A stretch of 63,653 bases of DNA, the filler included, from Octopus bimaculoides (lineage: Eukaryota): the NCBI RefSeq assembly GCF_001194135.2. It is 5 parts of 4 records of this genome, joined end to end, with 100 filler letters (N's around TTAATTAATTAA, not from the genome) between each part and the next. Parts side by side here need not be neighbours in the genome. Positions count along the whole stretch, not along the records: positions 39,181 to 63,653 come from NC_068983.1; 4 more parts are not named here. One strand, written 5' to 3'. The notes beneath the pieces were generated by a model. It was not told the origin of the DNA, made no database searches, and saw nothing but the letters and a program-made list of their open reading frames with translations. This document shows, in pieces, positions 39,556 through 53,162 of the stretch. Every line of letters begins with the position of its first letter. Position 1 is the stretch's first letter. A program made the translations under genes and the position numbers.

Positions 39556-40001
39556 ACTGATGTTAAGATTGAAAAAATCGGCCTTGTTTGTGAAAAAATT
39601 TGCACCTGGGTTTCTATTCCCTAAGCTAATTTCGTTCCCGCACTTATGTTCATAACCCTGTTATGTTTATTCGCACAGTATACTGTTTTTATTCTAACTT
39701 TAAATTACAACGGCTTCCATTTTAGAATATTTCTAAATCTTAGAGCATTGCACCTAATTCTAAGAGTTACCTCCGCTTCTTTTCCACCAATTATTTCTTA
39801 TACCATTTAATTGATACCAAAATTTTAATTTAAAGAGCCTGTCATTTTTGGTCATTACACGTATCAACGAATAACCGCTACTTACTCATTCCATATTCCA
39901 TATTCCATTCGCGTTCCTCTTTTCTGTCAATTTCTTAGCATTCCTCTCTGGCTATTTCTTCCTCCACCAAGTCCTTAATTTTTTTTATGCATATACATTT
40001 A

Positions 40002-40037
<36 letters not shown>

Positions 40038-40069
40038 TGTGTGCGTGCGTGTGTGCGTGCGTATGTATG

Positions 40070-40180
40070 TCATTATTCAGTTTTATTTCAAGATTTCTAT
40101 TAAAAATAGAGAAAGAGCCGGTTTCTAACCGGTTTCTATCCTAGTCCAAGGCTCCTTCATCGGAATTTCAACATCAACAG
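40070..40180 (-). repeat. Dispersed repeat; second copy at ~63420-63525 (+)
   Basis: Both copies share TGTTGATGTTGAA..TCC(A/G)ATGAAGGAGC..AGAAACCGGCTCTTT..CTTGAAATAAAACTGAA. Confidence 0.7.
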
Positions 40181-40279
40181 AGTATTTTTTTATATATGTA
40201 TTTATGTATGTGTGCAGATTTGTATGCTTTGTTTTATGTCTGTATTCTCATGCATATAGTTGCCAGTCTAGACATGCTC

Positions 40280-40310
<31 letters not shown>

Positions 40311-41250
40311 TGTATGTATGTATGTATGCTGGCCAAGATGTTTCAACTTTCATTTCTGCGACGAGAACTAGCAGATCGAACATATTCAAGACTTTATTTA
40401 TATAAATATTAGGAGAAAAACAGACTAGAACTTGATAGGGAGGGAGCGTGGAGAAGAAGAAAATGAATGGAAAACAGAGAGAACAAAACTTAAGAATGAA
40501 AAGAAAGAGAAAAGTTTCCAAGAAAATATCGGTAAAAAAATGCGGTAGAAGAAAGAATGGGAAATATGAGAGAATAAGTAAGAAAATGTTAAAAGAGAGG
40601 GAGCAAAACAAATAACAATAATAAAAAGAAGTGAAAAAGAAATGTTTGTGAATGGCGAGTTCTGTGTATGCACACTGAGGAGAGAAATAAAATTTAAAAA
40701 GAACCATTAGTTTTATTCCAGAGCTCAAAAGAAAACTAAGTAGGACCAGATCTTAAACTTGAGACAGAGAACACCAAACATCTTATATATATTCAACTGC
40801 GTTGAAATAAGTGGAAGATAGTCAAAGAGGAAAGTATAACTGGATAGAATATCTCATAGAAGCCCTCTTATAAAAATGTATACACTTTTCTTTCCAATTC
40901 TTCTTCATCTTATTGCGTCTTCTCTCCTCATCCATTTCCTTTTCTTTTCTTTTTTCCCACTTTCTCTCTTTTCATTCTTATTTCATTTATGTATCTCTTC
41001 CTTTCTATTTTCACCTCTTTCTCTTTCGCAACATCCCACTCTCTCCTTTACAATCTCCTATTTATTATTCTCTTTTCCTCTTCTCATTTTCATGTGTCGT
41101 TTTCTTGCCTACATTCTCTTAGAAGCTGTTCTTTTTTCTTATTTTCTTTCCCATTTTTTATCTTTTAGTTTTTCAGTTTTTACGCAGGGAATTGTACTTT
41201 GCTTCTTCTTAATGTTGATATAGAATGTCTTCATAATGTTAGGTCTACTA

Positions 41251-41290
41251 GTTCCCTCTGAAGAGATGAAAGTTGAAACTCTAAGGAAAC
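41251..41290 (+). ncRNA. CpG-decayed minimal hammerhead motif
   Basis: GTTCCCT-CTGAAGA-GAT GAAA GTT-GAA-ACTCT-A-AGGAAAC, then AATAAA at 41295. A more decayed inverted relative lies near 40325-40370. Confidence 0.55.
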
Positions 41291-41700
41291 GTCGAATAAA
41301 ATATATTTATTCTGCTTTTAACACTGAGTTTTTATTAATTATTAATTTCTATGATCTTGGAATCAGAATTATTTCTATACTAGCTCCCATTCGTGGAGCA
41401 CTCTCAATGCCCCTATTATGCATATCAACCAAAACATTACCATACCAACAGAAAATTCTATTTAAAATTGCTGTCGCATAAACTAAATTGTTTCATCAAA
41501 AGACTATGGTCGCTTGTATAATATTCGGAGAGCAAACTGACAACAGCAAAAATGAAACAGCTAGTTTTAAAACATATAAGTACCCAACTATGAACAGATT
41601 CCTACAACCATTTAAACTGATAAGCATACGAGCTAGAAATTGACCTTCCAGTTGCCTATAGATAAAAAGCAAAGTTATCAGAAACTCTAACTCAGGGTAT

Positions 41701-41870
41701 GTACAGTTCTATATTTAAGAGATGAGGAATTATGTACATTATTTACAATTGACGGATATTTGTCCTCATCTTGTTTGTTATTAACACAACGTTTCGGCTG
41801 ATATACCCTCCAGCCTTCATCAGGTGTCTTGGGGAAATTTTGAACTTGGGTTCTCATTTTTCAATGTTGA

Positions 41871-41912
<42 letters not shown>

Positions 41913-41985
41913 AGTCATTGCCTGGAATCAAACTCGGAATCTTGGGGTTAGTAGCCCGCGCTCTTAACCACTACACCATATGCCC
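41701..41985 (-). mobile_element. tRNA-headed SINE-like element: head + (AAT)n + hammerhead-containing tail
   Basis: A box TGGTGTAGTGG (41968-41978), B box GAGTTTGATTCC (41924-41935), (AAT)n at ~41872-41910, HHR at 41783-41828. The tail recurs at ~59086-59292. Confidence 0.7.
41783..41828 (-). ncRNA. Minimal type I hammerhead ribozyme with an extra A after A9
   Basis: GACAC-CTGATGA-A-GGCTG GAGGGTATAT CAGCC-GAA-ACGT-T-GTGTT. Confidence 0.8.
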
Positions 41986-44900
41986 GTTCAGAACACCAAC
42001 CACCACAACTAATTATGTCACCTAATTAAAAGAAACTATCTACTTCTAGGGTGGCTTCCGAACATTTTATGACTGCTCTTACTACTACTCCAGTACATCT
42101 GCGACATAAAAAGTGCCTTACTATTGGCCTACCTGTAAATCAATTGCATTCTTTGTGTATCCATAATTTACATTGGGTACAGCATATGCAATTCCGACCT
42201 CTGACCTTTCTGCGTATCGAGCTTGGCCATTTTCCATAGGACAGTAGAACCTATCTTCTTTTCAGTAAAGTAAGAACTTCGTCTCTGCTAACTTTGTGCT
42301 TCTTGATTCTAGACTTTACTTCTACGTTTGGAATTTCTTTTATTCTTCAACTGATTCAACTTATGAGAAATAGGTTGTCGACATAAAGAATCTCCCAGTG
42401 GACAACTGGTCTTAAAATCTTCTGCTGGAGGATTATGATAAACAGAAGTGAGCTCTAGACCGTACTAAGATGAGCATCTACCAGCACTATCTTTTACTGA
42501 ACTCATTGATATGTTGACAACGTCACTTGACATGGCAAATGCGAACTCGCTCACTTTTCCTCACATATAAGTTTACTTAGCGACTACTTGGTAATTGAAC
42601 GATAAAAGCTCTCTTCTTGTCGACGAATGTTCGAGATAAGACTTTCTTTAAGCTAACGATTACTACAGTAGTTATCGCACGAGAAAAAAGTCTTGCATCT
42701 TGAACTGCATCTCAACTAATCTGACTCTCTTATTTTCACACGCGCTCCCACGAGCACACACACAAACACATGTATATTTACCTTGATCGAGTCTGTCCCT
42801 TGCTACTCTGGAGTTTCACTTATGTGTTCAGAGGGTCATCAGGCAAGTTATGACTGGAGAGATCTTTTGGGTAGATCGTATATATATATATATGGAATAG
42901 GAAAAAGAGAAGAAAGGAAAAAGGGGGATTAAGAGGTAAATAAGGTAGGGTGGGTGGATGTTAAACCGATAAATAGGTTCAATAGAAATTAATAATGTGA
43001 AATATTAAACAAATAAATTTGAATGGGAGTCAACAGGATTGGATTGAATGATGTAAGTAATATCATTTGCTTGTAAATGTAATCATCGCAACTTATTGTG
43101 ATGGTTACTTTCTTTCTTTTGCTTGTATGTGCAGTTGTATAACCCCTTATACACCCGCTTAAATAGCTGTATCTACCCGAGACTTGCTCTTTCATTTGTA
43201 AATATGCATTGCGAGTATTATTGTCCCGCTTTTTACCGGTCTACACTGTAAGTCCATCTATTAGCAATTACAGATATCTCCAGGTGTTCCATCCAATAAA
43301 ATAATTTGTAATATATCAGTAATGTAAAATCATATAGATATCTTCCCTTTTATCTTAATCTTTAAATCTCAACCAGATTTTCGTATTTTCTTCTGAACAT
43401 GTACAGACCATTTTTATTATATTCATTTGCAATTTTTCAATATTTCCAGTGAATCTGTTTGATGATCGTTGTTTGTTTTCTCTTTTCTTTTAATAGTTTT
43501 CCACCATAAATTTGAATACATCTTTCTTTTTGTTCAAAGTGTAATAAAGTTTCTCTACGTTTGAGACTTCCTACCAAAATTATCGTAGTTGGTGATAAAA
43601 TTTCTTGAGAAGAGTAATGAGAAAATAAAACGAATAAAAACAAAATTGACTTACATTGCGCCCAAGCAAAAGGATGACATATGAGAGATAAAAATGATAA
43701 AAACATGCAAGTTTTTTAACTCGTATATTATTTTGACTTTCTCATTTCAGATATATGATACATTGTCATTCTGGTATTACAATTTAGTTTTATATTTATC
43801 ATCCTTATTGTAAGGGTTGATGGATGACAGAATCGGTAGAGTGCTGGACAAAATGCCCTTTTGGTATCTAGTGATACCCCTTTGCATTTTGGGTTCAAAC
43901 CCTGCCAGGCCTATATTTTCCTTTCATGATTCCTTCGTCAGCAATTCAATCGAATTTCTTCCCTTCACATTTTGAACTTGTAACCAAATGAAAAACTACT
44001 AAAGGCAGCAGGCTGACAAAATCCTTAGATCACCGTGAGAAATGCTTTGTGATATTTCTTTCGGTTGTTTCCGTTCGAAGTCCAAATCTCACTGTGATCA
44101 TCTCTGCTTTTCATCCCACCAGTTTCGACAATATAAAGTACCAATTATATACTTGGATCAATGGTATGGATGCACCTCAAAACTACTTGCCTTGTACCTA
44201 CATCAGATTCCAACGCAGCAATCTGATAAACGAACAACAAAAATATAATACAACCACACAAAAAACAGCAACAAGTATAATAAAATTATCAGCTGCAGAA
44301 CCAGGAGCAGCAAAAACAACAACAGAAATGTCACTAAACAAAATAGCAACAGAAACAACATAACCAAAAGAATCTCCAAACCCCAACACAACATCACAAT
44401 GACATACCTCTCCCTACTTCAGATCACTTAGATATGTTTTGCAATGAGGGCGACAGGGATGATAATTATAAAACTATACCCATAAAAGTGAAAATGAAAG
44501 AAAAAAAAATAGAAGCAAAACAATTAACCTTCACTCACAAAATGAGGAAGTTCAATACCAAACTTCAAATCCACCACTGCAATCACCACAATGAACACAA
44601 GCAACCTAATCTACACTTCAGCCAGCAACCAGGGCAACACCCGCTTTTTAATCGTTAGTACTACTTTTACTACTATTGTTATTTACCCTACAACGTCGTG
44701 CAATATGAGGAGAGGTGTATTTGTAAATGCCGTTGTTCGTTGGAGTTTGTGTGAGTATTTTGTAGACTTTGTAAAACATTTTCATGTGTCTTAGAGCCTG
44801 CTTCGTAGAGATTCATAGACACTATCATTCTCGGACAACGTTAGCATTCTTTGTAAGAAGTATTTCTATGTGGAGGACACAACGCTCAGCCAGCCTTCAA

Positions 44901-45224
44901 ACCGTCTTTTATTCTTCATGTCTTTTTCTACTAGCATATATTCTATATTAACTTACTTTATATATTAAATCGTTTTTATGATGTGTTAGGGTAGCATTTA
45001 AAGAATATTTCGCTCAATTTCTTACAGATCAACCAATTGTGCAGTGGTTTCCTCACTATCCTTGGTAGTACAACAAGATATCATGACCAATGACTAATGT
45101 AGAAGTATCTTTACTATTTGCTACAAGAGCAAAAGAGACGTTCTATAAAATTGAGTAGAAAGGCATCAAAATGATGGTCCGAGTTATATATGGAAGTTAC
45201 AGAAGTAATTACAGTTACAGCGTG

Positions 45225-45537
45225 AAGTGCGTGGCTTGGCGGTTAGGGTATTCAGCTCACGATCATAAGGTCGTGAGTTCAATTCTCGGCGATGCGTTGT
45301 GTCCTTGAGCAAGACACTTTATACGTCGCTCCAGTCCACTCAGCTGGCAGAATTGAGTAGTGCCTATATTTCAAAGGGCCAGCCATGTCACATTCTGTAT
45401 CACGCTGAATCTCCCTGAGAACTACGTTAGGGGTACACGTGTCCGTGGAATGCTCAGCCACTTGAACGTTAATTTCACGAGAAGCTTATTCCGTTGATCA
45501 ACTGGAACCCTCGTCGTCGTAACCGACGGATTTCCAG
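45225..45537 (+). mobile_element. SINE family C2, full length
   Basis: tRNA-like head TGGCTTGGCGGTTAGG..GAGTTCAATTC, then GTGTCCTTGAGCAAGACAC, and a 3' half shared with 15093-15262. Confidence 0.8.
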
Positions 45538-46249
45538 TTAAAGTTATAGCACAAATAATTGGGAAGAACATTAAGTGAGATGTAGTTCGGGTTTGTGAGT
45601 GACAATCACCGATAAGCTTCTGAAAAGAAGACAAGCCAATAAATTCTTCCTTGATCTGGTGAAAGCCTTTGGAAAGGCTCCACGCTTTGTAGTGTGATGG
45701 TCGCTAAGATAACTAGAGGCAGAAGAATGGTTTGTGTGAGCTGAGCAAAATATGTACAGGAATGCTGGGGTACCGTCAGCGTAGTGGCAATTAACAAAGA
45801 GTTCCCTGTAAAACCTCGCGAAACGGTAAGTGTCCATTCAGTCTTTAGTCCCACACCGCTTCTATTTATCATAGTCCTCTAATGCTAATCAGCGAAATAC
45901 CAGACTGGATTACTACGATAATTCTTTTAGGTGGGTAAGTCAGCCGACGGATTAGGAAAAAAGTTTAGTTTCAAATATGGAATAAAGTCTAGAATCCAGA
46001 GGTCTCAAAACTAAATTTAGTAAAAAAAAATACATCCTTCTCATGTCCAACCCATTCTTCTCCACCTTCATTTCTATCCTGCAGTATATTTAAATATTCA
46101 TGAGCAAAACTCCATCTCACCATCTTTTTAATGTTTTTTTTTTTATTAAGTACCCGATTTTAGAATTCTGTTTCTTGGTCTCTTTCTCTATCTTCTGTCT
46201 CACTCTCACTCTCTCTTCACATCTTCCTGCCATTCCTTCTCTTCCTCTT

Positions 46250-47000
46250 GTTCTCCTTCACGTCGTTCTCCTCCTAATTTTATGTCCGTTTTTCTCATAT
46301 ATGTGATGGACAGGATTTCTCTAACACATCGTCTCGCCATTCGTTGTGGTATCTTGCCATCTTTGCCAGGTTTAGCTCGCTGAGACCAACCTTCACTACT
46401 TCTTTCCATGTCTTTCTCAATCCTTTCCTTGCACAGATTCCTTCCACTTGGAGACCACTCAGCATTCCTCTACCCGAGTATCACCCCTCACACATACCAC
46501 TTGACTATATCAATGTAGTCACCTCTCTTGTATATTCGTCCTTACGCAGTCTTTCTCTCTGCTCACTTGTACTCCGCCCTTCATACAAACTACTTGTACA
46601 CGTCCAGTGGAGTATGATCGCCTCACTTGTTTCTAAGTCTCTTACATCCTCCACGTTCAAGATCCTTGTTTCTTGCCCTGTAAATGAAAAGAAAATTCCT
46701 TTGTTGGCAGCAGAGTGAAAAGTTTCCTCTTCGTTTTTACTCTTATTACTATGCTTTCTGAACGCACACCTCTCCTGCTAATTAGGTACCCTAGATGGCA
46801 GAAGCTCTCAACTACTTCTACGGAGATTTTTAAGTATTTGAAAGAATTTATTTCATGAATTCTCTGAATGCTAATTACTCCTGCGCACCAGCTACATACG
46901 AACTCATACTTTGTCAACCTACGCACCCATATATTACATTGGTCACATGGTATAGAATCACTGCACATCTCTTCCAACTATCGAACAAGGTAGTTTCTCT
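46250..47000 (-). mobile_element. RTE-clade LINE 3' fragment
   Basis: EVVESFCHLGYLIS..GVRSESIVIRV..KLFTLLPTKEFSFHLQGK, followed by a KTWKEVVK-type C-terminal segment. Confidence 0.75.
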
Positions 47001-47330
47001 AATGGCAGCTGAGCTTTGTATTCTTTCTTGTTTCTTCTTTAGTGAGTGTGAGACAGAAGGGTAGAGAAAGAGACCAGGAAACATAGAAATCTAAAATCGG
47101 GTACTTAATAAATAATTAAATAAATAAATAAATATTTTTAAAAAGCATGAGATGGGGTTTTGTTCATAAATATTTAAATATGTTTTTAGGGTTAAAATGA
47201 AGGTGACGAATAATGGGATGGACATGGGAAAATGTATTTTCTTTGGGAAATGTGAAACTATTATAATTATATGAATACATCAAATGTTCAATAATATGCA
47301 TCTTATGTGATTATGAGTGTATATATATAC

Positions 47331-47398
<68 letters not shown>

Positions 47399-48558
47399 GC
47401 ATAAGAGACACGTACATACCTATGTGTGTATGTATGCCTACATGCATGTACTCATTTATATGTATGTATGTATGTATATATATATATGTGTGTGTGTGTG
47501 TATATATATATAAAAAAACACACACACACACATATAGATATATACACGCGCACACACATATATACATACATATATAAACAGAGAGACATACACACATACA
47601 GAGAAGGAGAGAAAGAATGTACATAGATAAAAGTAGATATGTATTATAGACGGATATACACAGGCATATAGGCACAAATACATACGCGTATATGTATAAT
47701 ATACATATATATACATATACTATATGTGAGTGTGAGTGTGTGTGTATATATATATATACATATAAATAGATATATACTTGTGTGTGTGTGTGTGTCGACA
47801 TTAGTATATATATATATATATNNNNNNNNNNNNNNNNNNNNNNNNNNNNNNNNNNNNNNNNNNNNNNNNNNNNNNNNNNNNNNNNNNNNNNNNNNNNNNN
47901 NNNNNNNNNNNNNNNNNNNNNNNNNNNNNNNNNNNNNNNNNNNNNNNNNNNNNNNNNNNNNNNNNNNNNNNNNNNNNNNNNNNNNNNNNNNNNNNNNNNN
48001 NNNNNNNNNNNNNNNNNNNNNNNNNNNNNNNNNNNNNNNNNNNNNNNNNNNNNNNNNNNNNNNNNNNNNNNNNNNNNNNNNNNNNNNNNNNNNNNNNNNN
48101 NNNNNNNNNNNNNNNNNNNNNNNNNNNNNNNNNNNNNNNNNNNNNNNNNNNNNNNNNNNNNNNNNNNNNNNNNNNNNNNNNNNNNNNNNNNNNNNNNNNN
48201 NNNNNNNNNNNNNNNNNNNNNNNNNNNNNNNNNNNNNNNNNNNNNNNNNNNNNNNNNNNNNNNNNNNNNNNNNNNNNNNNNNNNNNNNNNNNNNNNNNNN
48301 NNNNNNNNNNNNNNNNNNNNNNNNNNNNNNNNNNNNNNNNNNNNNNNNNNNNNNNNNNNNNNNNNNNNNNNNNNNNNNNNNNNNNNNNNNNNNNNNNNNN
48401 NNNNNNNNNNNNNNNNNNNNNNNNNNNNNNNNNNNNNNNNNNNNNNNNNNNNNNNNNNNNNNNNNNNNNNNNNNNNNNNNNNNNNNNNNNNNNNNNNNNN
48501 NNNNNNNNNNNNNNNNNNNNNNNNNNNNNNNNNNNNNNNNNNNNNNNNNNNNNNNNNN

Positions 48559-48611
<53 letters not shown>

Positions 48612-49472
48612 TTTTACGAATGTACACGTAAGTGCCTGTGGAATCCATTAGATATTGCCAGAGTGATTAGGTAGTCTTCTTAAAACAATTCCTGGCAAGA
48701 TTTCAAAAGTAAGGAATTAATACAAAAAAGAGAACAGAAACAGGGGCGCGTGCATATACTCACTGATGTGCGTATTAATGCATGTACTCATTCACAATCA
48801 CATATAACAATCGGTGGGCACACACTCACGCATTCACAATTGCACGCGCGTGCACTAAAACATGTACTCACTCACATAAACGAACGCAGAGACATATATA
48901 GTCAAACAAGAACACACTCCGACTTATGCGCGGACACACACACACACACACACACACACGCATTCTCACCTATGCATTCATGCAAATACACAGCGATACC
49001 CTAACACTTCGATATATGAATAGTTAACACGTAGATACTAATAAATGTACACTTACACATATACACACTTACAGATGCACTCACGCACACACATGCTCAC
49101 AAGTGTACGCGTTTACACATTCATAGGTGCACATATGTACATAATTACACATGAACATACATTCACATATACATAGATACATGGATGCATGAATACATAC
49201 ATACATACATACATACATACATACATACATGCATACCTGTTCATACGGTCACACACGCAGGCACACACCTCTTACATACACTATATACATGATAAAAAAA
49301 CATGCAGACAGCGGACATGTGGGAAAAGATAAGTGATGCCTTATAGCAAAATGACTGCAGTGAGAGACGGGGGTTGTTAAAAGAGGCCAGTGACGTGCAA
49401 TCCAGCATACACACACACACATACACACACATATGCACACACACACACACGCACACGCACACACACACACAA

Positions 49473-49539
<67 letters not shown>

Positions 49540-50064
49540 NNNNNNNNNNNNNNNNNNNNNNNNNNNNNNNNNNNNNNNNNNNNNNNNNNNNNNNNNNNNN
49601 NNNNNNNNNNNNNNNNNNNNNNNNNNNNNNNNNNNNNNNNNNNNNNNNNNNNNNNNNNNNNNNNNNNNNNNNNNNNNNNNNNNNNNNNNNNNNNNNNNNN
49701 NNNNNNNNNNNNNNNNNNNNNNNNNNNNNNNNNNNNNNNNNNNNNNNNNNNNNNNNNNNNNNNNNNNNNNNNNNNNNNNNNNNNNNNNNNNNNNNNNNNN
49801 NNNNNNNNNNNNNNNNNNNNNNNNNNNNNNNNNNNNNNNNNNNNNNNNNNNNNNNNNNNNNNNNNNNNNNNNNNNNNNNNNNNNNNNNNNNNNNNNNNNN
49901 NNNNNNNNNNNNNNNNNNNNNNNNNNNNNNNNNNNNNNNNNNNNNNNNNNNNNNNNNNNNNNNNNNNNNNNNNNNNNNNNNNNNNNNNNNNNNNNNNNNN
50001 NNNNNNNNNNNNNNNNNNNNNNNNNNNNNNNNNNNNNNNNNNNNNNNNNNNNNNNNNNNNNNNN

Positions 50065-50120
<56 letters not shown>

Positions 50121-51757
50121 TCATGCATATCTACATATATACAAGCATACATGCATGCATATATACACACGTACGTACATACATACATACAAACAAACAA
50201 ACATACATACATATAAACATATACATGTACGTGTGTATGTGCCAGTCTATATGCATGAACATATATGTTATTTGTTTATATACCTGGAAAATGGCATACG
50301 GGGCTACACGCAAAGTTTCACGATTGCTCCAACTGTTTGAAAGACTTTGTTGATCTGTTAACCAATAGGTATGCTTGTTCTAGAAGGCACTGGTGCCTCA
50401 CTGTTTCATTGTCTAGTTCGGTTCTTGTATGCCATCTAAGGAATCCATTAATTTGTAAATAAGATGTTTGTAAAACAGAAATGCACGGATGGCATTAATC
50501 TTTCCAGGACGACAAAACTATATCTTCTTTGGAAGAATATAAAACTGTGGTTCGCATAATATAAATAATAGAAAATCCCAATTTATTTCAAATTTCGTCT
50601 TAAATTTGACGAACCGAACATCTCAGTAACCAACGTATCAGCTAATATTTTATCAATCTGCAATTCAAAATCCAAAGTATATTTATTTGCTCAAGCTCTA
50701 TGTGTGTATCTTTTAAGCAAATATAAGAAGAAAAGGGCTTTTTTTCTCCTTCATATTTTATTATGTCCATGCAAGATCAGAGTCTTGTGGTTTTCGACTA
50801 CTCATAACTGATATTAGCTCCTTCAGCCGTTGAAAATCTCTGACTTTGCAACAACACTATATTTTATTACAGGATAGCATTTTGAACAGCAGTTTAAAAA
50901 TTAATTGTATTTTGTTTTTAAAATATCAGTCTAAAAACCATATGTATTTTTAAACAGACCTGGCAGCGCAATTGATTCTGCATCTAAGCAAATAGATTGT
51001 GTTTATTAAAATTTTTAAAGTATTCTCGGTTAACCCAGCATACGTTTACTGCAGTCTACTGACTTTATGTCTGCTCTGCTCACTATTTCTTTTCAATGTA
51101 ATTTTCTATTCAACTAGTTACTATGATATCGCTAAAACTGTATGCAAGCTAGTGCATTTGTATAATAGTTATAGAACTCTAACTATGGTCAGAGTTCTGC
51201 AAAACAACAATTTCTCTATAACTATAGCAATATGGAATTTTTGCTGAAGATTTTGTAGTATAATTGTGTACTGAGGTAATGCATACTCGTCGATGTCAGA
51301 AATGTATTAGCGACATTTATAAAAAACATTTAAATTATGGGGTGGATTATATCAGGTTATATTTTCTATTTCTACGTTTAGTATTATCTGATGTTGATTG
51401 TTCCATGTATTTAGATTAAACTAAAACTGCATTTAGCAAAAGTCCTATTATAGAATGGTGCTTCATTAAATATCTCTGTCCGATGGTACATTATATATCC
51501 GTCTATTAACATTTTAAGTAATGCACTGCTTAATCATTGGTATGTGTGAGCGTGTGTGTGTGTGCGCGCGTGTGTGTCTGTGTGTCATGACAATGAGTCC
51601 AACAAATGGCGTTTTATTTCGTTTGAAAACATGTCAGAGACATTATTAATATTAACACTTTGTTTTAATGTCTTGAATTTTGTTCTAAGTAGCCTTACCA
51701 TGTTCTGAACAAATGCTCCAGAATTTATAAACATATATTTAAGTGTGTATGTATGTA

Positions 51758-51839
<82 letters not shown>

Positions 51840-51939
51840 AGAAGAAAATGGATGTAATAACAATGGGAAACTCGTGGTTTTCGCAGTTATGTCTTCAATT
51901 AAATAGATAACAAACAAGGTAGAAGTAGAGATGAGGGTA

Positions 51940-51990
51940 GCATTTACGATCGTTTCAATTTACTGCCTTAAGTAAATCTCTTCAGAATGC
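51940..51990 (-). ncRNA. Canonical type I hammerhead ribozyme
   Basis: GCATT-CTGAAGA-GATTTACT TAAGGC AGTAAATT-GAA-ACGATCGT-A-AATGC: all core nucleotides present, stem I 5 bp, stem II 8 bp, palindromic stem III, GUA triplet. Confidence 0.88.
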
Positions 51991-52510
51991 GATTATAGAT
52001 AGATGCATCGGTTAGGATGCGAAAATAATCGATACATATGTGATGGCAATGTGAATAAAGTGGTAATTCTTACATTAAATTTTTGTTCTTGCGCTGGTAA
52101 ATTCGCTGGGTAGAGATTTGCTTGTGGTAGATTGGTTAGTTTCGTTGGGTAATTAGGGCGGTCTGAGTATTATTTAGGTGCGGGTTTCCTAGTTTAATTA
52201 AGCACAATATTTTCGCATGTGTGTATTCCGTTTTACGATTAGTAACACCGGCGGTGTAAGTACTTCTTCCTTCTTTTTTATCTATTCAATTAAAGACATA
52301 CCAACGAAAACCATTAGTTTTCCATTGCTATTATATCCATTTTCTTCTCCTATATAACCTAAACTCCGGTTTACCAACCGAACCACCTGCTACCGTACAA
52401 CCTTACAAAAGACTGTACTTACCCAAGTAATAACCAGGAGCGACTCTGGGTTTAATTATCCCTTAGAGGTATTAAACCCTTCTAACTTGATACCTACACA
52501 ATATATATAA

Positions 52511-52563
<53 letters not shown>

Positions 52564-52959
52564 ATATTAGGATTATATACAATTTTAGGCAAATACAAAC
52601 ATATACACATGCACACACATATCAACACACAAACAAAGAGGGATGTAATCCTGCGATAGGGTGTCAGCCCGATCATGTGATGATCTTGTATGCTTCAGCG
52701 CCTCAGGAACCAACAGAAAAATTCCTGCCCAATAAGGCATACTTTTTATGCATATAAACAAATATATTTCCGTAATACACATATGCATAATACAAATAAG
52801 AAAAACAAACACACATATATAATACTAGCAGAGATACACGGCGTTGCTCGGGATTAAAATGGCATAGATTTTTATATATATATACATAAATATATATACA
52901 TGTATATATATATACATATATATATGCATGTGTATATATATATACATGTATATATATAT

Positions 52960-53013
<54 letters not shown>

Positions 53014-53126
53014 ATATATAGATGTATAGATGTATATGTATATATGCATATGTATAGATGTATATGTATAAATATATGCATGCATGTATACATGTGTATA
53101 TATATATGTGTACATATATATGTTCA

Positions 53127-53162
<36 letters not shown>

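Noticed and set aside
50284-50354. Possible 71-nt minus-strand exon (QQSLSNSWSNRETLRVAPYAIFQ, CAG|GTA donor)
   Set aside because: Weak acceptor, no recognisable protein and no partner exons.
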